Made by a program: the position numbers and the translations under genes. Below, piece by piece: positions 26,114-34,412 of a DNA stretch of 36,605 nucleotides. Positions within the stretch are counted from its first letter, which is position 1. Each line of letters begins with the position of its first letter. The DNA is from a virus. Lineage: Duplodnaviria > Caudoviricetes. The DNA lies in the IMG/VR virus record IMGVR_UViG_3300020045_009119, positions 1 through 36,605 of that record. One strand, 5' to 3'. The notes under the pieces were generated by a model, which saw only the letters and a program-made list of their open reading frames with translations, was not told where the DNA came from and ran no database searches.

Positions 26114-26292
26114 GAGTGGCCTCCGTCGCTTTTATATTTTGTGTAGGTTAGATGAATACCGTACATTAAATAATTCTTTACTATTTCATCTTCTTTGTAA
26201 TCAACGATTGCTTGCATAATTCGTATCTTACGTCGCTCTGGCGGCCAAAAGCGTCCATACCATTTCTTAGATTTAACGGTGAACTTACTCAT
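26110..26292 (-). CDS. hypothetical protein
   Basis: ATGA overlaps on both sides. Confidence 0.6.
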   Translation of the reverse strand: MSKFTVKSKKWYGRFWPPERRKIRIMQAIVDYKEDEIVKNYLMYGIHLTYTKYKSDGGHS

Positions 26293-26501
26293 CTGTTTGC
26301 CCCTTCAAAATTATGTCTCGCAAGCATATCTGCGTCTTCAAGCTTCTTGGCTTTTATACGAGCGGCGTCTTTTGGTTCAAGTGTCCATAGAACTGAGGCG
26401 TCTGGTTTACTTATGAATACAAGCATTATTTTTTTTAACTCATTGTAGTGAGCATATTTGTTGCGTTTTAGCGGATATCCAGTAAATATTTTGAAAGCCA
26501 C
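26289..26501 (-). CDS. hypothetical protein
   Basis: GTG start with AAGGAG upstream; coupled. Confidence 0.55.
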   Translation of the reverse strand: MAFKIFTGYPLKRNKYAHYNELKKIMLVFISKPDASVLWTLEPKDAARIKAKKLEDADMLARHNFEGANR

Positions 26502-26506
26502 CGCCC

Positions 26507-26827
26507 CTACTCCTTACTATTAGTTATTATTGCTCGTTGTGTGGCTCGTAAGTTATTGCGGGCTACCATGTACGGCGTGTAACTACTGCCATCTATAATC
26601 TGAGTAACTTCGCCTAAGTTATTTACAACTGGTATATCTATAAACACCTCATCCTCTTTAATCACATCATCAAGCACAAGTCTCTCTAGTTGGTGGAGGG
26701 CTTGGTCAACGCCAGTAAACTTATATCTTCCAGTTTCGTTTGTAGCCTCAACATCGGCGGAAATACGATATAATCTCTCAAATATCTCTCTCACTTTTAT
26801 AGTATAGGGGGTTGGGGTTTGGCTCAT
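26507..26827 (-). CDS. hypothetical protein (VI.EDE/RN.LR..QR family)
   Basis: ATG 26827 overlaps the upstream stop; motif shared with 28240..28518. Confidence 0.6.
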   Translation of the reverse strand: MSQTPTPYTIKVREIFERLYRISADVEATNETGRYKFTGVDQALHQLERLVLDDVIKEDEVFIDIPVVNNLGEVTQIIDGSSYTPYMVARNNLRATQRAIITNSKE

Positions 26828-27060
26828 AGTAACGTCCCATCCCTCCATACTCGATATGTGCCATCTGGTGATATATGAGTCTCAACATCATCTTCGTCAC
26901 ATCGAAAAACAAGTATTCTTCGTTTAGTTGTGGGTATTACCGAAGCGATAGCCACCATATATCCTTCATACTCCATCTGCTCTTTACAGTCTATGCAATA
27001 CGGTTTGTTCACAAAATGTTTAACATATAGTGAGAACAATTTAACAAGTATTTTCATCAC
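26824..27060 (-). CDS. small Cys-containing protein
   Basis: CIDC...FRC; coupled. Confidence 0.55.
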   Translation of the reverse strand: MMKILVKLFSLYVKHFVNKPYCIDCKEQMEYEGYMVAIASVIPTTKRRILVFRCDEDDVETHISPDGTYRVWRDGTLL

Positions 27061-27308
27061 TCCCCCTCCTTATGTATTAGCTTATTTAGTTCGGCTTCAA
27101 TTTTTCTACGTTCTTCGTGTAATTCCTCAGCTATATCAATAGGATTATCGTGGTTGTAACATTCTATTATCATATCTGAGATTGTATCTCTCTTAGCCTC
27201 TAATACCGCTTTATCTGTGTGGGATTGGATAAGTGCAATAGCCTCATCGTCAAAGTTTATTGTGCCAGAACGTAGCTCGCTCAATAGCTCATCATATTCA
27301 GTACTCAT
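27057..27308 (-). CDS. hypothetical helical protein
   Basis: AAGGAG RBS. Confidence 0.65.
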   Translation of the reverse strand: MSTEYDELLSELRSGTINFDDEAIALIQSHTDKAVLEAKRDTISDMIIECYNHDNPIDIAEELHEERRKIEAELNKLIHKEGE

Positions 27309-27386
27309 TACTATTACTCCTTTATTGCCTTACCTTTTAGTGATGATTGTTCTGGCTCCATCTCACTAGCACTGTCGTCTGAGTAG

Positions 27387-27752
27387 CTATCGAACATGGG
27401 TGAGTTCTCGTGCCTTGTGTAAGGCGATTACGAGCTTTAAGAGGGCTTTGAGTGGGCTTATATCATCGCCAAAAGCGTGTCCCTTGATGTCGTCTTCATC
27501 GTCTAACCAAATAGCATAGTAACGATTGGTCTTTTCCAACTTAATATGAGGTGGCAACTTCTCTAGTAGGTAGTCAGAGGTGTAGAGAGGAGTAACGCCG
27601 CCGTCAATAGGTAAGCCGACAGCTCCATATTCAAGGTCGTACTCGTCATCGTGCTGCACCCAGTAAGACACTGTTGTCCCCTCTGGGGCAAGCGGTCGCC
27701 ATCCAGTCCGCTCATACACTTCCTTACATAGCTCAAATAGTTCGTCACTCAT
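27387..27752 (-). CDS. phage hypothetical protein (ABA-sandwich-like)
   Basis: PLYTSDYLLEKLP...PLKALLKL pattern. Confidence 0.65.
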   Translation of the reverse strand: MSDELFELCKEVYERTGWRPLAPEGTTVSYWVQHDDEYDLEYGAVGLPIDGGVTPLYTSDYLLEKLPPHIKLEKTNRYYAIWLDDEDDIKGHAFGDDISPLKALLKLVIALHKARELTHVR

Positions 27753-28073
27753 TTACGTCTTCTCCTCTACTGATGTGGGGGATAGCTGGGCGAGAGATTC
27801 TTTTCGTTTCAAGAAGTATCCGCTGACGCCACCAGTCTTTGCTTCGTGTTCTATGGCCCTCTGACGAAGCCAATGGTAGTCATTCTCATCTATCCGACTT
27901 TCTCTATCCTGTGTGGAGAGAAGTTGTTCAATCTGTGCTTTGGCTTTGGTAAGACTCAACTCACCAGGGAACTCGTAATCCATCGACGCCACATTAAACA
28001 TGTTGCTATCTTTCAATATTGCGTACTCTCCGTACTTCTCTAGTATTTCTGTTATGCGGTCTGATTCGTTCAT
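27753..28073 (-). CDS. hypothetical protein
   Basis: GAGGAG RBS; coupled. Confidence 0.65.
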   Translation of the reverse strand: MNESDRITEILEKYGEYAILKDSNMFNVASMDYEFPGELSLTKAKAQIEQLLSTQDRESRIDENDYHWLRQRAIEHEAKTGGVSGYFLKRKESLAQLSPTSVEEKT

Positions 28074-28243
28074 TATTCAATCTCCTCCTCGGTAGAAAAT
28101 AGCGCCATCTCTTTGCAGTCAGCGCAACGCCCTTCCATGCCTACGACTTCACCTTGCGGGTTGGCTCCGCAGCAGTTACTTAGTGGTTCTGTCTCTTCGT
28201 CACTTTGTAGCTTCTCTTGCTCTGGTGTGTTAGGGGTGGTCAT
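28073..28243 (-). CDS. small zinc-ribbon protein, 56 aa
   Basis: Read manually: SNCCGA...RCADCKE; coupled at both ends. Confidence 0.65.
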   Translation of the reverse strand: MTTPNTPEQEKLQSDEETEPLSNCCGANPQGEVVGMEGRCADCKEMALFSTEEEIE

Positions 28244-28518
28244 TTACTTGTGTCCTTTCCTGCTTTTAATAGGGTATTGAGGCGTTTGCGTTGTTTGGCT
28301 CGCAGTTCGTTGCGAAATCGCCAGTAGTAATCATTCACTGGTATCTCTGGTGACAGCTCATCTTCTCCTATCACCTCCTCTATAAGAGAGACAAGGTCGG
28401 CTTTGGTTTCCTTAAAAGACGCATCCTCGACATTAAACCTATGCTGGCCGTAAGCATTCACCGCTTGATATAGTGAGCCTTTGTAGTTCTTCAGTATCTC
28501 GTCGATAATTTTACTCAT
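28240..28518 (-). CDS. hypothetical protein (VIGEDE/RNELR family)
   Basis: AAGGAG RBS; coupled. Confidence 0.65.
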   Translation of the reverse strand: MSKIIDEILKNYKGSLYQAVNAYGQHRFNVEDASFKETKADLVSLIEEVIGEDELSPEIPVNDYYWRFRNELRAKQRKRLNTLLKAGKDTSK

Positions 28519-28796
28519 AACTGCTCCTTTTTAGAAAACTTAATTTCTTCACCACTAGATAATCTGCGGTATATCCAGCTATAGCGAGTTTCTTTGATAA
28601 ACTTGTATCCCCGTTTGGAGCGTTTTCCCCCTTGGGAGCCGATTTTGGCAGCAAAGTCAGGGTTTTCAGCTAGGTTTTCTTTAACCCCGAGCTTTCCCCC
28701 AATCGTCCCTATCTTAGAATAGTAGTCAGGGTCACGCGCCAGGAGTTTATCCCTTGCAATCAAGCCCCCATTGTGTCGGTTCTCAGCTCGGGTCAT
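28515..28796 (-). CDS. KGG/Gly-rich repeat small basic protein
   Basis: DPDYYSKIG..GG...AAKIGSQGGKRS. Confidence 0.7.
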   Translation of the reverse strand: MTRAENRHNGGLIARDKLLARDPDYYSKIGTIGGKLGVKENLAENPDFAAKIGSQGGKRSKRGYKFIKETRYSWIYRRLSSGEEIKFSKKEQL

Positions 28797-29353
28797 TTTA
28801 GTAGCTCCTGTCGTTTTAGTTTGAACTTCACTTCAAGCTCTTGGAAGTGGTGCAGTTTATACTGCATAGTTGAACCCTTTAAGTGACGGTACTCGTCAAT
28901 CTTTTCTAGTCCGACCTCATCTAACATAAAGCGGAAGTACTCGACGTAGTTACCACCTTTCCCATAGGGAGGATTACCATTGCACTGGTAACACTGGGTA
29001 AAGACCACTCGTTCATCGAATAGCACTGCATTGCCTCGACCAGAGATAAAATGCCCGGCCTGAAGTCGTTTATAGGGGTAGCTATTTTTACAGGTTACGC
29101 ACATCCCCTCAGTTGGGTCGCCCGTGAACCTCAGACAATCTCGTGTCCGGATATAGGCAGAGAAGGCATCCCACGCAGCATCCTTAGCTTTTTGGTTGGC
29201 GGTCTTGGGCTTCTTCTTTGGCTTCTCCCCCAGAACCGTTACCTTGCGAGCAATCACTGTTCGTTTAAGGGGTTTGAGTGGTTTCTTTTTACAGTAGAAC
29301 TTCGAATGACCAAGTTCGCTACAAATACTACAAGTCTTGTTTTCCTGAGCCAT
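28793..29353 (-). CDS. ninG: NinG/Rap-like recombination endonuclease
   Basis: FSAYIRTRD, CVTC, QAGHFI, LFDE...QCYQCN. Confidence 0.8.
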   Translation of the reverse strand: MAQENKTCSICSELGHSKFYCKKKPLKPLKRTVIARKVTVLGEKPKKKPKTANQKAKDAAWDAFSAYIRTRDCLRFTGDPTEGMCVTCKNSYPYKRLQAGHFISGRGNAVLFDERVVFTQCYQCNGNPPYGKGGNYVEYFRFMLDEVGLEKIDEYRHLKGSTMQYKLHHFQELEVKFKLKRQELLK

Positions 29354-29766
29354 TAGGCTTCCTCGGGGTGGTCAAGAATCCACGCTTCTTTAGCCGTCTG
29401 TGGGGCTGGAGCTTGATATGCTTTATCCAGTCCTGCTTGGAGGCCAATTTGGTAGCCCGTTGATGCCTTCTGAAGCAGTATGATGGACGCGATGTCCACA
29501 AACGACCCATTAGGGATTTTCTTACGGTACTTTTTTGGTAGGGCTTCAATGATGGCATACGTTGCACTCCTGAGTTCCCCGTCTTTGAAAAGGTCAGTCT
29601 GAGCATCTAGCTCAAACTCATTACGGGCAATCGTTAATAGTTGGTAGGCTCTTGACTGGTCTAGTTCGGTTTTAGCTCCATTTGTCCAGGTTTGTTGTCT
29701 CTTCATTATCCCATACTCCTTCATTTTCTGTTTCCCAGTTAATGTCTTGTTTGATTTTGGCGTCAC
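29353..29766 (-). CDS. hypothetical protein (start uncertain)
   Basis: Stop coupled to ninG start (TAATG). Confidence 0.6.
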   Translation of the reverse strand: MTPKSNKTLTGKQKMKEYGIMKRQQTWTNGAKTELDQSRAYQLLTIARNEFELDAQTDLFKDGELRSATYAIIEALPKKYRKKIPNGSFVDIASIILLQKASTGYQIGLQAGLDKAYQAPAPQTAKEAWILDHPEEA

Positions 29767-30040
29767 GTTTTTTCTTGTGCACTACCTTGGTCGGCTCGTC
29801 GTCTTTTACCTCTCGGAGCTTTTCTTCTAATTCTTTACTTCGCTGTCGTCTGGTTTGTTCGCGCATTGAGTTTCCTCGATTAAGCCCACCTCGGGCAGAT
29901 TTTTCTTTATCTTGGGGGCGAGCCATGTTAGGATTTTTAGTTCCTTTTCTTTTGGCTGCGAGTTTGGCAAAGTGGTCAGGGTCTTTCCGGAGCAGACTAC
30001 GAGCTTTCTTTTCAGCACTCAGTTGTTTAGCGGTCTTCAT
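29672..30040 (-). CDS. basic protein with LL.KDPD.F.K motif
   Basis: GGAG RBS; N-terminal similarity to 28515..28796. Confidence 0.6.
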   Translation of the reverse strand: MKTAKQLSAEKKARSLLRKDPDHFAKLAAKRKGTKNPNMARPQDKEKSARGGLNRGNSMREQTRRQRSKELEEKLREVKDDEPTKVVHKKKRDAKIKQDINWETENEGVWDNEETTNLDKWS

Positions 30041-30212
30041 GGAGTATCTCCGCGAGTTGCTGCTCAGTTACCTGCTCGCTCACGATAACTTTTTCGTAGT
30101 TGAAGTCCTTTATCTTTTCTGTATCAGTTCCAAGGTATAGTACTTTGTCACCGTCCATGATGCAGATGCCCGTTGGGTCGTCGTGTCCTATATCGAGTGA
30201 AAGCGTAATCAT
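30027..30212 (-). CDS. small protein with RuvC/RNase H-like N-terminal motif
   Basis: MITLSLDIG...TGICI; TAATG-coupled start. Confidence 0.5.
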   Translation of the reverse strand: MITLSLDIGHDDPTGICIMDGDKVLYLGTDTEKIKDFNYEKVIVSEQVTEQQLAEILHEDR

Positions 30213-30622
30213 TACACACCGCCACTCTTTTGCTCTTGGGCCAAATGGTTGATACGAGCCATCGCACCGGTTTGATTGCGCCATGAGGATGACACGTAGC
30301 GGTTCAACTTTTTAATGTTACCTTTGTCCTCAGCAGTGTCGATGTTGGCTTTATGCTCCGCAGCAGTGGCTGATAACCCTTTAACAGTTTTACCATCAGC
30401 TGAAGGACTCGGGGCAGTTGCCTCTTTGTAGGCTTGTGCCCACTTGATTTCATACTCCTGTTCGCAATCACCTAGAATCTTTTCAAGGGCTGAAGTGTAC
30501 TGGCCAAGACGGTACATGTGAGCACTAATAACTGAGGGGCTGTTAATCGCTTCTCGGCTGGCAAGGTGTGACTCGGCACTGGCAATGCCATCAAGGGCTT
30601 GGGTTAAAGTAATCGCAGCCAT
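30212..30622 (-). CDS. helical hypothetical protein of the recombination module
   Basis: Follows the SSB-like gene; coiled-coil character. Confidence 0.65.
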   Translation of the reverse strand: MAAITLTQALDGIASAESHLASREAINSPSVISAHMYRLGQYTSALEKILGDCEQEYEIKWAQAYKEATAPSPSADGKTVKGLSATAAEHKANIDTAEDKGNIKKLNRYVSSSWRNQTGAMARINHLAQEQKSGGV

Positions 30623-30624
30623 AG

Positions 30625-31158
30625 CTAAAATGGAATCTCAGTTAATTCTTCAGGAGTTAGGCCATGGTTTTCCAGCATGTCGTCAGGTAATTGGTCGTAT
30701 TCTGGGGCAGTTTGGGGTGGCTGAGTTGGTTCTGAGCTGACTGCATACAAGGCAGAGGCATATTCCACCACTTCCTTTGACCACGTAGGAGCGTCTAGGT
30801 CAGCCCGAGTCTTAGAGACATATAAGTTTGCCTCCTTCAGACACAAACCCCACCTGATGTCCTTAGAACGCTCGTCATCACTCTTTTTAGGAGTATTTGA
30901 ACGTTGTTGGGTAGCTTGTGGAGCGAAACCGCCTTGTGGTGCGCCATTGAACTCTTTTTTAGCAGACTTAAAGGCGGGACCATTGCCACCATCAGTCTTA
31001 ATTGTTCCCCATTTCTTTGTGCCAATTGCAGGCATAGTCTTAAACGCTGCGTAGACTTGATTTGGGTATTCAGCGAACTTGACGGTAACCTGTTGATTTC
31101 CATAATTATCCACAGTTCCTCGTGGGGTCAGTTCTACTATAGTGTAATCTTGTGGCAT
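30625..31158 (-). CDS. probable ssDNA-binding protein
   Basis: Beta-rich N-terminus, G/Q/P linker, acidic tail ending EIPF; next to exonuclease; AAGGAG RBS. Confidence 0.6.
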   Translation of the reverse strand: MPQDYTIVELTPRGTVDNYGNQQVTVKFAEYPNQVYAAFKTMPAIGTKKWGTIKTDGGNGPAFKSAKKEFNGAPQGGFAPQATQQRSNTPKKSDDERSKDIRWGLCLKEANLYVSKTRADLDAPTWSKEVVEYASALYAVSSEPTQPPQTAPEYDQLPDDMLENHGLTPEELTEIPF

Positions 31159-31236
31159 ATTATTTCTCCTTACTCTGACAAGCCCCATCTAAGGGCAAGT
31201 GCCAGTATTATTAGTATTATTCCAGCGAGTAGGTAA

Positions 31237-32094
31237 TCAAGCATCAGGGTCCAACTTTGAAGTGGTACTCATTGCATACCACGCGCCCTTTTTCATTGTG
31301 TTCTGTTGCTTGAGGCGAAACTCAATTGGTTTGAGGGCTGAGTACATTGCATAGACGTCTAAAAAGGCTTGCTTGCATTGGTCAACCGACAGCCCTAACT
31401 CACTCATCAGGACGACTTGGATTTGTCCGTACTCTTTATCGGGGTTAATCAACATTAAGTCATCGACCTTTTGACCGGATTCTTCCTCATCGGCCAGGGC
31501 GTAGGCTCCCAGTTGAGCAGGGTATTCGAGGTAGATACCAGACTGAGCTTGGTAACTTCGCTTGGTTGTTTTGTTATCAACTACCACGATTCTTCCTGTC
31601 GCTTTGTGGCGTAGTTTGATGTCATAGGTTCCCGCGTAGTTATACTGACGGCTGTAGACGACTTTCTCCACCCCAAGGACTTCATAGCCAGCAGTTCCCC
31701 ACCAGGCGATAAAGTTATCCACCAGTAGCTGCGCGTGGACCGAGGGAGCTAAAGGCCTTTTTCCACTTAACAGGTAAGATTCAATTAAACTGTGGACAAC
31801 GTGTCCCAGGTCTTTGGCCTTATCACTTCGCTTAGTGTAGGCAATCTTACTTGCTTCAGTTGTTTTCTTGAGCCACTTGTCATTGATTTGGGCACCTTCT
31901 GCCAAAGCACGGGCAACTGACTCTTTGAAATCAACCGCAGCCATTGCCGCAGCCCATCCCATTAAGAGGGGTTTGTTGATGGTTCCGAGGATTGTTGTGA
32001 CCCCAGCCACAAACTCACCGTTGACGGTGTAGCGGTGGCTACCCTCATTAAAGAGAATAGTCACCTCACCGTTATAGAGTTTTACCTCGTTCAT
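31237..32094 (-). CDS. PD-(D/E)XK (Cas4/RecB-like) exonuclease
   Basis: HRY...GVTTIL; G..VH..IE; YAGTYD; VVDNKT; QLGAYA. Confidence 0.85.
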   Translation of the reverse strand: MNEVKLYNGEVTILFNEGSHRYTVNGEFVAGVTTILGTINKPLLMGWAAAMAAVDFKESVARALAEGAQINDKWLKKTTEASKIAYTKRSDKAKDLGHVVHSLIESYLLSGKRPLAPSVHAQLLVDNFIAWWGTAGYEVLGVEKVVYSRQYNYAGTYDIKLRHKATGRIVVVDNKTTKRSYQAQSGIYLEYPAQLGAYALADEEESGQKVDDLMLINPDKEYGQIQVVLMSELGLSVDQCKQAFLDVYAMYSALKPIEFRLKQQNTMKKGAWYAMSTTSKLDPDA

Positions 32095-32354
32095 TAGAAG
32101 GGGCGGTCTGGCGTATAGCCGTTAAACTTGTCCACGGTTGCGCGGAGTTCAAGTAGTGACTTATTAAATGGTTCAAACAAGCGACGGTCGATTTCCTCGC
32201 GCAGTTCTTGGTCTGAATACTTAGATAGTTCCCATTGTCGTTCGGCTTGCTCTCTTTCGTAGAGGGCTTGGCCTGGGTAATCTCCATTAGCATCGGTATC
32301 GTTGACGTGTAACATCACGTCTTCCATTGGTTGGTCTGATAATTGCTTAATCAT
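32094..32354 (-). CDS. hypothetical protein
   Basis: AAGGA RBS; TAATG-coupled to the exonuclease. Confidence 0.65.
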   Translation of the reverse strand: MIKQLSDQPMEDVMLHVNDTDANGDYPGQALYEREQAERQWELSKYSDQELREEIDRRLFEPFNKSLLELRATVDKFNGYTPDRPF

Positions 32355-32392
32355 GTTGGTAGGTTCCTTTCATTTTAAGTAGTTCTGCTTAT

Positions 32393-32421
32393 ATTGTAAT
32401 CCTTTTGCGCTTATAACACAA
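32393..32421 (-). promoter_or_regulatory. sigma70-type promoter of the recombination operon
   Basis: TTGTGT-17nt-TACAAT. Confidence 0.6.
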
Positions 32422-32431
32422 TAGGTATCTG

Positions 32432-32653
32432 TTAGTGTATGTAGCCGTTGGTGATGAGGTACTGAAGTTGCGCTACATCAATGCCACGAGATGCGATTAC
32501 TCTCCCCCGCTGCGAAAGTAATCCAATGCACTCGATAGCACCAGTGTAGACACAAATCATATTTTGCTTGTTCTTGAGGGACTTCTCGTAGTTATCAGCG
32601 TAATCTTCCCACTGACTAACTCCATAAACTCCATGCACTGACCTCAAAAACAC
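32432..32653 (-). CDS. hypothetical protein
   Basis: ORF abutting the upstream gene. Confidence 0.45.
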   Translation of the reverse strand: MFLRSVHGVYGVSQWEDYADNYEKSLKNKQNMICVYTGAIECIGLLSQRGRVIASRGIDVAQLQYLITNGYIH

Positions 32654-32908
32654 TTAGATGCGACCTTCAAACAGAACAAGTTCGTCCTGGGCAACCGCAT
32701 AGCAAGCAATCTTGCCGTTGGTATCGAGCGGGTACTTGGCAATGGTTGCGCCTGATAAGTAATAGCTATCGGGCAGGCTCTTGGCTTTAGTAAAGGTTAC
32801 GATGTTGTGCGTTCCTACCTTGTACTTGGCAATCAGAATGGTTTTATCTCGGTAGCGGGGGCTGATGATACTGATATTCTGGGCAGGGGTTAATCTTGGG
32901 AGTAACAT
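32654..32908 (-). CDS. small beta-rich phage protein
   Basis: ATG 32908 after purine-rich leader. Confidence 0.65.
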   Translation of the reverse strand: MLLPRLTPAQNISIISPRYRDKTILIAKYKVGTHNIVTFTKAKSLPDSYYLSGATIAKYPLDTNGKIACYAVAQDELVLFEGRI

Positions 32909-32924
32909 AGTGTCTCTTTTCTTT

Positions 32925-33089
32925 TTAGTTAATAGGGACACAAGCGTTCATAATGAGGCATGTATCTGTTGCCACTCGGGGAACAAGTCCCTGTGCACGG
33001 CTAGTTAGCTGAACACCGATAATAAGGAGGCTGATAATCAGCGCACCAGTAGCGGCAAGTAAGATTGTGGTTGTCTTGGTTGTTTTCAT
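32925..33089 (-). CDS. small membrane/secreted protein, 54 aa
   Basis: Read manually: MKTTKTTTILLAATGALIISLLIIGVQL...C....C. Confidence 0.55.
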   Translation of the reverse strand: MKTTKTTTILLAATGALIISLLIIGVQLTSRAQGLVPRVATDTCLIMNACVPIN

Positions 33090-33107
33090 TTTAAGGTTCT
33101 TCTTTCT

Positions 33108-33251
33108 TTATAAATTGACGTAACTTATTCGGTACACGTCATTATTTTTTAATTCATAGGTTGCGCCAATAGTTTCAAGGTCTAATAGCTCACCAGGTAA
33201 TAGCTTTTCGTACACTTTAATTTTGATACGGGTTATTTTCTTCTTGGTCAT
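33108..33251 (-). CDS. hypothetical protein, 47 aa
   Basis: Read manually; ATGA-coupled. Confidence 0.45.
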   Translation of the reverse strand: MTKKKITRIKIKVYEKLLPGELLDLETIGATYELKNNDVYRISYVNL

Positions 33252-33511
33252 AGCTGCTCTACTTTCTGGCGTAACTTTATTTTTAATTCATTTTTACCGA
33301 ACGCCTTGTAGTCATCAGGTGTCCACGACTTGAGGGTCATATCCTCTGTTTCGCGCTGTTCGACGTCGCCTATCAGTTCTAGCATGAGGTTTTTAATTTG
33401 CTGCTTAACTTTAGGCTGAAAAGTAACCCAGAGTTTCCTCTGTTCTTCACCAGTCAATACGTGGTAAGTGACGTTATATTCATTGCTTACAATTTCGTCT
33501 AGTTTGCTCAT
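33248..33511 (-). CDS. hypothetical protein
   Basis: AAGGA RBS. Confidence 0.65.
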   Translation of the reverse strand: MSKLDEIVSNEYNVTYHVLTGEEQRKLWVTFQPKVKQQIKNLMLELIGDVEQRETEDMTLKSWTPDDYKAFGKNELKIKLRQKVEQL

Positions 33512-33712
33512 ATAAATCCTTTCATTAGTTTAGTGATTAAAGCATATAGTGCTAAGTAACAAGTCTTTCAATTAGCCAGCTTACTCTATAACCTGAATTG
33601 TTAAACATTCAAGACAACTAGATTGCTCTTTCGAGTTATTCCGCTAGCACGTTTATCCCCACGCATGACCGGTTAGGGGTCTAGTCATCTTGATTGTTAA
33701 GTTACTTTTATA

Positions 33713-34113
33713 TTACCACCAAGTATTCGTTTTAGTGATTGTACCGTAGTTGTTCGAGCATTGCCCGATACAGTTCCAGTAATTCCAGGCACTTGCCCAG
33801 GTAGTGTAGCGACCAACCATGTAGTTTGTAAACCAATTGTCCTGACAGTTATAATCAGTCAGACTACACGGTAATTTACTACAAGGGAGGCTTTGCCCGA
33901 TTCCACAGGCTCCACTACTTGGGTTAATAGCAGTTGGGTCATTGCCGCTTTCGTGGTGATAAACCAATGCCTTGGCCTCGGCTTCTGATACGCCTACGGC
34001 TTGCGTAGGAGGCTCAGGAGCGACTGCAACAACTGGTTCGGTAACTTGCTCAACTTGTGAAGGTACGTTGACTGTGGGGGCTTGAGTAACTACAGCCTTG
34101 ATTACTCGCTGAT
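33713..34113 (-). CDS. lytic transglycosylase-like (APF/SLT-type) domain with Pro/Val/Ala linker, probably reached by -1 frameshift from 34102..34296
   Basis: ESGNDPTAINPSSGACGIGQSLP..K...RY..W..A...W; frame open about 55 codons upstream of the first start codon. Confidence 0.75.
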
Positions 34114-34296
34114 TTTTAACTGTGAGACCAAAGCGCTTGCTTCAGCCTGTACTCGATTCTGGTCAGTACTGCGAGCTACCCAACCGCCAATAAATGATGC
34201 GATGATAGCTAATGTGACAGCAATCCCAATAACGAGGGTTTTAACTTTGATGGTTTTGGGGGCTGATTGTTTACGTTCTTTGATTTCTTTTGACAT
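34102..34296 (-). CDS. single-pass membrane protein
   Basis: Basic N-terminus then LVIGIAVTLAIIASFIGGW. Confidence 0.75.
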   Translation of the reverse strand: MSKEIKERKQSAPKTIKVKTLVIGIAVTLAIIASFIGGWVARSTDQNRVQAEASALVSQLKISE

Positions 34297-34412
34297 TTTA
34301 GTTGTTCTTTCTGGTATTACTACCGTTTTTTATTTTATTTGGCTTTATAGGCCAGTGTTAGGCAGGTCGAGGGCAATCTCCCCACCCAACACCAGGCCAT
34401 AAAGCCGATTGG

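Noticed and set aside
31237-32094. Cas4 of a CRISPR system
   Set aside because: No cas genes or array nearby and no Fe-S cysteine set; the context is a phage recombination module.
33665-33690. Pistol or twister ribozyme suggested by GGTTAGGG / CCCCTAAC
   Set aside because: The required pseudoknot partner and conserved junction nucleotides are absent.
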